In this document: positions 60,215 to 64,000 of the stretch, in pieces
Layout of the letters: each line of letters opens with the position of its first letter
Position numbering within the stretch: the stretch's first letter is position 1
Origin: Macrostomum lignano
Lineage: Eukaryota
Assembly: GCA_002269645.1 (NCBI GenBank)
Contig: NIVC01000792.1
Coordinates: 7,888 to 71,887, forward strand
DNA length: 64,000 nucleotides
Reading direction: 5' to 3'
The notes under the pieces: model-generated
Told to the model about the DNA's origin: nothing
The model's database searches: none
What the model saw: only the letters and a program-made list of their open reading frames with translations
Made by a program: the position numbers and the translations under genes

Positions 60215-63200
60215 ATGAGGCAGCACAGTCATTGTCGGCCGGAAAACAAATGCGTGAGTCTCAGTCACCATGTCCTGAGATTACCCTTTCTCTTAATTTC
60301 TTCTTTTTTTAGCTGGCGAGTCGATAGAGTAGCCAAGGAATTTAATGTGAAATGGGTCTGAGCAGCATTTCTGGGCTATAAATATAAGCCAGTCGGTGGA
60401 TGAACAATCAAGAAACTTATCATCAGACTCCCTTCATCATGAATAGCTCGCAAGCAATCGCAGTTTTCCTCAGAGTTGTCGAACTGCTCGAGGATTTGGC
60501 AAGCTGTTGCTGAAGCATCGGGCGACTGTGGTGCTGATCCTTGTGCCGCTGGCTTTGCTTCCGTTGCTTCTTTGCTTTGACAGTCTGGTAAGTGAATCAA
60601 GCTTTAGACCGATTGGGTTGTGCTGCAATATGCTTTAAATTGCTATCAACCTGTTTATCCAACAGGTATCCAAGGCAGCCTACATCATTCTACTAATGTC
60701 ATTCTACTGGAACTTTGAAGTGGTCCCTCTAGGAGTGACCGCCTTGCTGCCTGTGGTGCTGTCACCTCTGCTCGGCATTATGTCCAGTAGTGAAATATGT
60801 CCCAGCTACTTCAAGGTAAGTTTTTGTTTAAATAACACATTATTCAACTTCAAGAGTTTAAGGTAATCCAAGGTACCCATTGAAGAGCAACTTGTGCACA
60901 CATTTTGCAGGACTCGAATATGCTTTTTCTCGGCGGTCTAATTATGGCTGTATCCATCGAGGCCTGGGATTTGCACAAGAGGATTGCCTTGAAAGTTCTT
61001 TTACTCTGCGGCGTCCAGCCCAGGTGGTAAGCACCTACAGTACTTGCTCGTATGTGATAAGGGATGTATTTTAAAACATGGCTGTTTTGAACAAGCTTGA
61101 GCATAATTCGCATACTCCAGGCTCCTCTTCGGACTGCTTGCTCCGGCCTGGGTTCTTTCGATGTGGATCTCGAACACGGCCACGGTAGCTATGATGCTGC
61201 CTATTGTGGAAGCTGTGCTATCCGAGCTGCGGTGTCAGCATATGCGGCAAAAACGTCGCAAAGAGTCGGTGGTGTCAGAAACAGCACCCAGTGTCCTTTC
61301 ATCCTCCGTATCCACCGTTTCTGATGAAAACTCCGGAGAGAATCCTGACGGTGATCTGTCAAGCCCAGCGGTGAAAATACAAATCCCACCGCTGCCACCA
61401 GACGATGTGGAAGATGAGGATCCAAAGAAAGACTCTATCGAAGACGACAATGACGATAATAACGATGGAATAATCCGTCCGATGCCTTTGAAAGAATACC
61501 TGGCTGAGGAGAGCAACGCAGAGTTTGCTAGCACGTGCCGGATGCTGCTGCTGGGCGTCTCCTACGGTTCTGTTTTTGGTGGCGTCGTCACTCTGACGGG
61601 AACGGCTCGAACGTTATCTTGAATGGGATTGTTCAAGAGTACTACGGATCCAACACGGGGCTCAACTACTGCAGTTGGATGCTGTTTGCCTTGCCATTGG
61701 GCGCCGTAGGCCTTTTGCTGACCTGGGTCTGGCTTCAGATCAGCTTTCTTGGCTTTCGGTGAGAGAAGGACGACTTTTGTGCCTCTTTTACGTGTCTTAC
61801 GTATTATCAAAATTGAGCCTTCTCTTCTAAATCTGGATTTTAATTCAGCAGGTTTAAATCCTAGTATTAATAGTTTATAGCCACTCAGTTGGAATCCGAT
61901 ATTTATTTTAACGCGTTATCAAAGAAACTGGAAGCTAGACGAACCAGACCAGATGATGATTGTTAATCTGTGAGACTCAATCTCAAAAATCCTTTATCAT
62001 AAGGATCATACAGACTCAAACTTTGATTATACGTAGACATGATGTAAAGATATTCATTTCGTAATTGAAAGTAATTTATAGTCACGAGTCTTCCATGGCT
62101 CTCTTCATAATCAGCAACAATCAACACATGTACTCCAAACTCCTCCCAGCAATATAATTCTGCATCCTTATCCGTTTAACGTCTAACTGTCTTTTAAGTG
62201 GTTTAAGCGATCGCCGTACTGAGAAAGCAGACATATGATACTATCAGACACGTCGGTACAAGATATTTAGCATCTTGGGTAGAAATTGTAAGTAGGATCT
62301 CTTAAATTGGGAAAAATTTTGAAACTATAGCAAGCAACCTTAATCATAGGTTTTGCATAGAAAAGCCATTCAAAAATTTAATACCAAAATAGTTTAAAAA
62401 CGTGTCCAGAACCCAAGGAATTTTAGGTTTTCTTCTAGGAAAGCGTGTAAAACGCAGGCAAAACTAAAAGTGAGTTTTTGGCAAGATTAGACGTAAGGCT
62501 CTCCTGTTATTGGTCGCTACAAATGCGGAATTCTTTGGTCTTGTAGACACTTAAGGAACATCGCAGCGTTTAATTTTACTTTTACTTTTGGGCCCAAGCT
62601 GCGCAAAAAAATAAAAAATGCATTTTTTTCGATTAGGCTACTTTTGCCGGGCTGATAATTACTTCAACTATCATTAGCTGTTGGTAATGTAATTGTGATG
62701 CTTTTCCTTATCACTTCGCATACACTGCAATTTCAGCGGCTTGGCCAAAGCCGGCGACTCGGTCGCAATCGCCGACGCTCGACTGACCCGCGCAGCTCTC
62801 CAGCGGCAGTACAAGCAGCTCGGTCCGCTGAGCTACGCTGAGGCAAGCGTGCTGGCTATTTTTGGCCTCACTATCATCCTGTGGATCTCGCGACAGCCTG
62901 GAGCTCCGGGTTGGTCGTCGTTGTTTATGAAAGCGCCAACCTCGGATTCTGAGGATGAAGCACCAGTCAGTCTGATGAGTGACGCGCAGCCGGCCGTGCT
63001 GGCCGTCTTGCTGCTCTTCCTGCTACCCTCGCGGAATCCGTTCGCGAACCTGTTCAAGGCTGTAAGAAGAAAACCAGTTTCCAATGAGACGACAGTGGAG
63101 CACTGCAGTCAGCAGCAGTCTGACTTTGAATTTAAAGCCGATGCTGATGCAGCTGGAGAAGATTGTCGGCAATGGCGTACCAAGCCGAGTCGGCTGCTGA

Positions 63201-63640
63201 GCTGGGACCTGGTGCAGAAGCGGGTGGCCTGGCAGATTGTACTCATGCTGGGTGCCGGCTTCGCACTGGCCGACCTGTCCAGAGTGAGTTCATTTGTAAA
63301 GCCTCTAGTTGTGAACTTACTGACATGGCAAATGTTTCTCCTCATAATGTCTCGACAAGCAAACAGTTTAAGTTTGAGTCCCATGGTATAATCACCCCTT
63401 CTTTGGCCAGCGTTTCACCTGATCCGTGCTCTAGTAAATGCGCAAATCAAGCGATACTCGATCTTCCGCACTACTCAGGTGTCCGGCCTGTCCGACTGGA
63501 TCGGCAGCCAGCTGGTTGCGTTGAAGTCCGTGCCAGCCCCGGCTCTCATCTTCATCATCTGCTGGTGCTCCGCCCTGCTCACCGAGTTGACCTCTAACGG
63601 TACAGCTGCCACGATCCTGCTGCCCATCTTGGCCAGTCTG
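60215..63640 (+). CDS. SLC13/DASS sodium-dependent dicarboxylate/citrate/sulfate transporter, 5' part (continues beyond window); exons 60215-60253, 60474-60587, 60666-60815, 60911-61026, 61121-61758, 62737-63283, 63479-63640; 1-nt frameshift near 61604
   Basis: [10 protein letters not shown]; [25 protein letters not shown]; LHKRIAL; SMWISNTAT; GG..TLTGT(G)SN; [14 protein letters not shown]; TELTSN. Splice phases are consistent. Confidence 0.92.
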
Positions 63641-63713
63641 GTGAGTCCGCGTCCGCCTAGAGATTCGGTTTTTGCTATTAACTCGATTTATCAATAATCA
63701 ACAATTCAGTGAC

Positions 63714-63986
63714 TTTCAGTGACTTTCAGTAATATTCAGTGACATTCAGTGACATTCAGTGACATTAAATGACTCAGTGACATTCAGTGATTCAGTGACT
63801 TTCAGTGACTTTCAGTGACTTTCAGTGACTTTCAGTGACTTTCAGTGACTTTCAGTGACTTTCAGTGACTTTCAGTGACTTTCAGTGACTTTCAGTGACT
63901 TTCAGTGACTTTCAGTGACTTTCAGTAATATTCAGTGACATTCAGTGACATTCAGTGACTTTCAGTGACTTTCAGTGACATTCAGT
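63714..63986. repeat. 10-bp tandem repeat, about 27 copies, intronic
   Basis: Unit TTCAGTGACT / TTCAGTGACA. Confidence 0.95.
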
Positions 63987-64000
63987 CACCGAAATGTTTT

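Noticed and set aside
60439-60587. SLC13 start codon supplied by the flatworm spliced-leader terminal AUG at acceptor 60473/60474
   Set aside because: The acceptor is phase 0 with no in-frame ATG in that exon, but a conventional 39-nt ATG exon with a GTGAGT donor (60215-60253) fits in frame. The SL explanation is unnecessary, though not excluded.

Overview
Eukaryotic, intron-containing, repeat-rich genomic DNA. No prokaryotic features or CRISPR arrays were seen. The style (GC-rich exons with poly-Q/A/G tracts, short introns, introns inflated by long minisatellites, an RG-type DEG/ENaC) suggests a free-living flatworm such as Macrostomum; this is inference only. Exon models were built by hand, checking GT-AG sites and phase. 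Host genes: a TspO-like/PTHR33802-type membrane protein (+), a Src-family kinase (+), a DEG/ENaC subunit (-), a claudin/PMP22-family locus (+), a nicotinic acetylcholine receptor alpha subunit (-), an MptpB/IphP-like phosphatase homologue (-), an orphan single-pass membrane protein (+), and the 5' part of an SLC13 transporter (+) with a 1-nt frameshift. Mobile DNA: a Ty3/Gypsy element with short, near-identical LTRs but no protease or RT core, a Myb-only Harbinger remnant, several MITE/foldback elements, hAT remnants and tRNA-derived SINEs. About 17 tandem arrays (units 9-61 bp) cover roughly a quarter of the window. Most notable: (1) the claudin locus appears to have two alternative TM1 + first-extracellular-loop modules spliced to shared TM2-TM4 exons; (2) the phosphatase homologue has lost its catalytic Cys and Arg; (3) three different transposons have inserted, with target-site duplications, into three different minisatellites.
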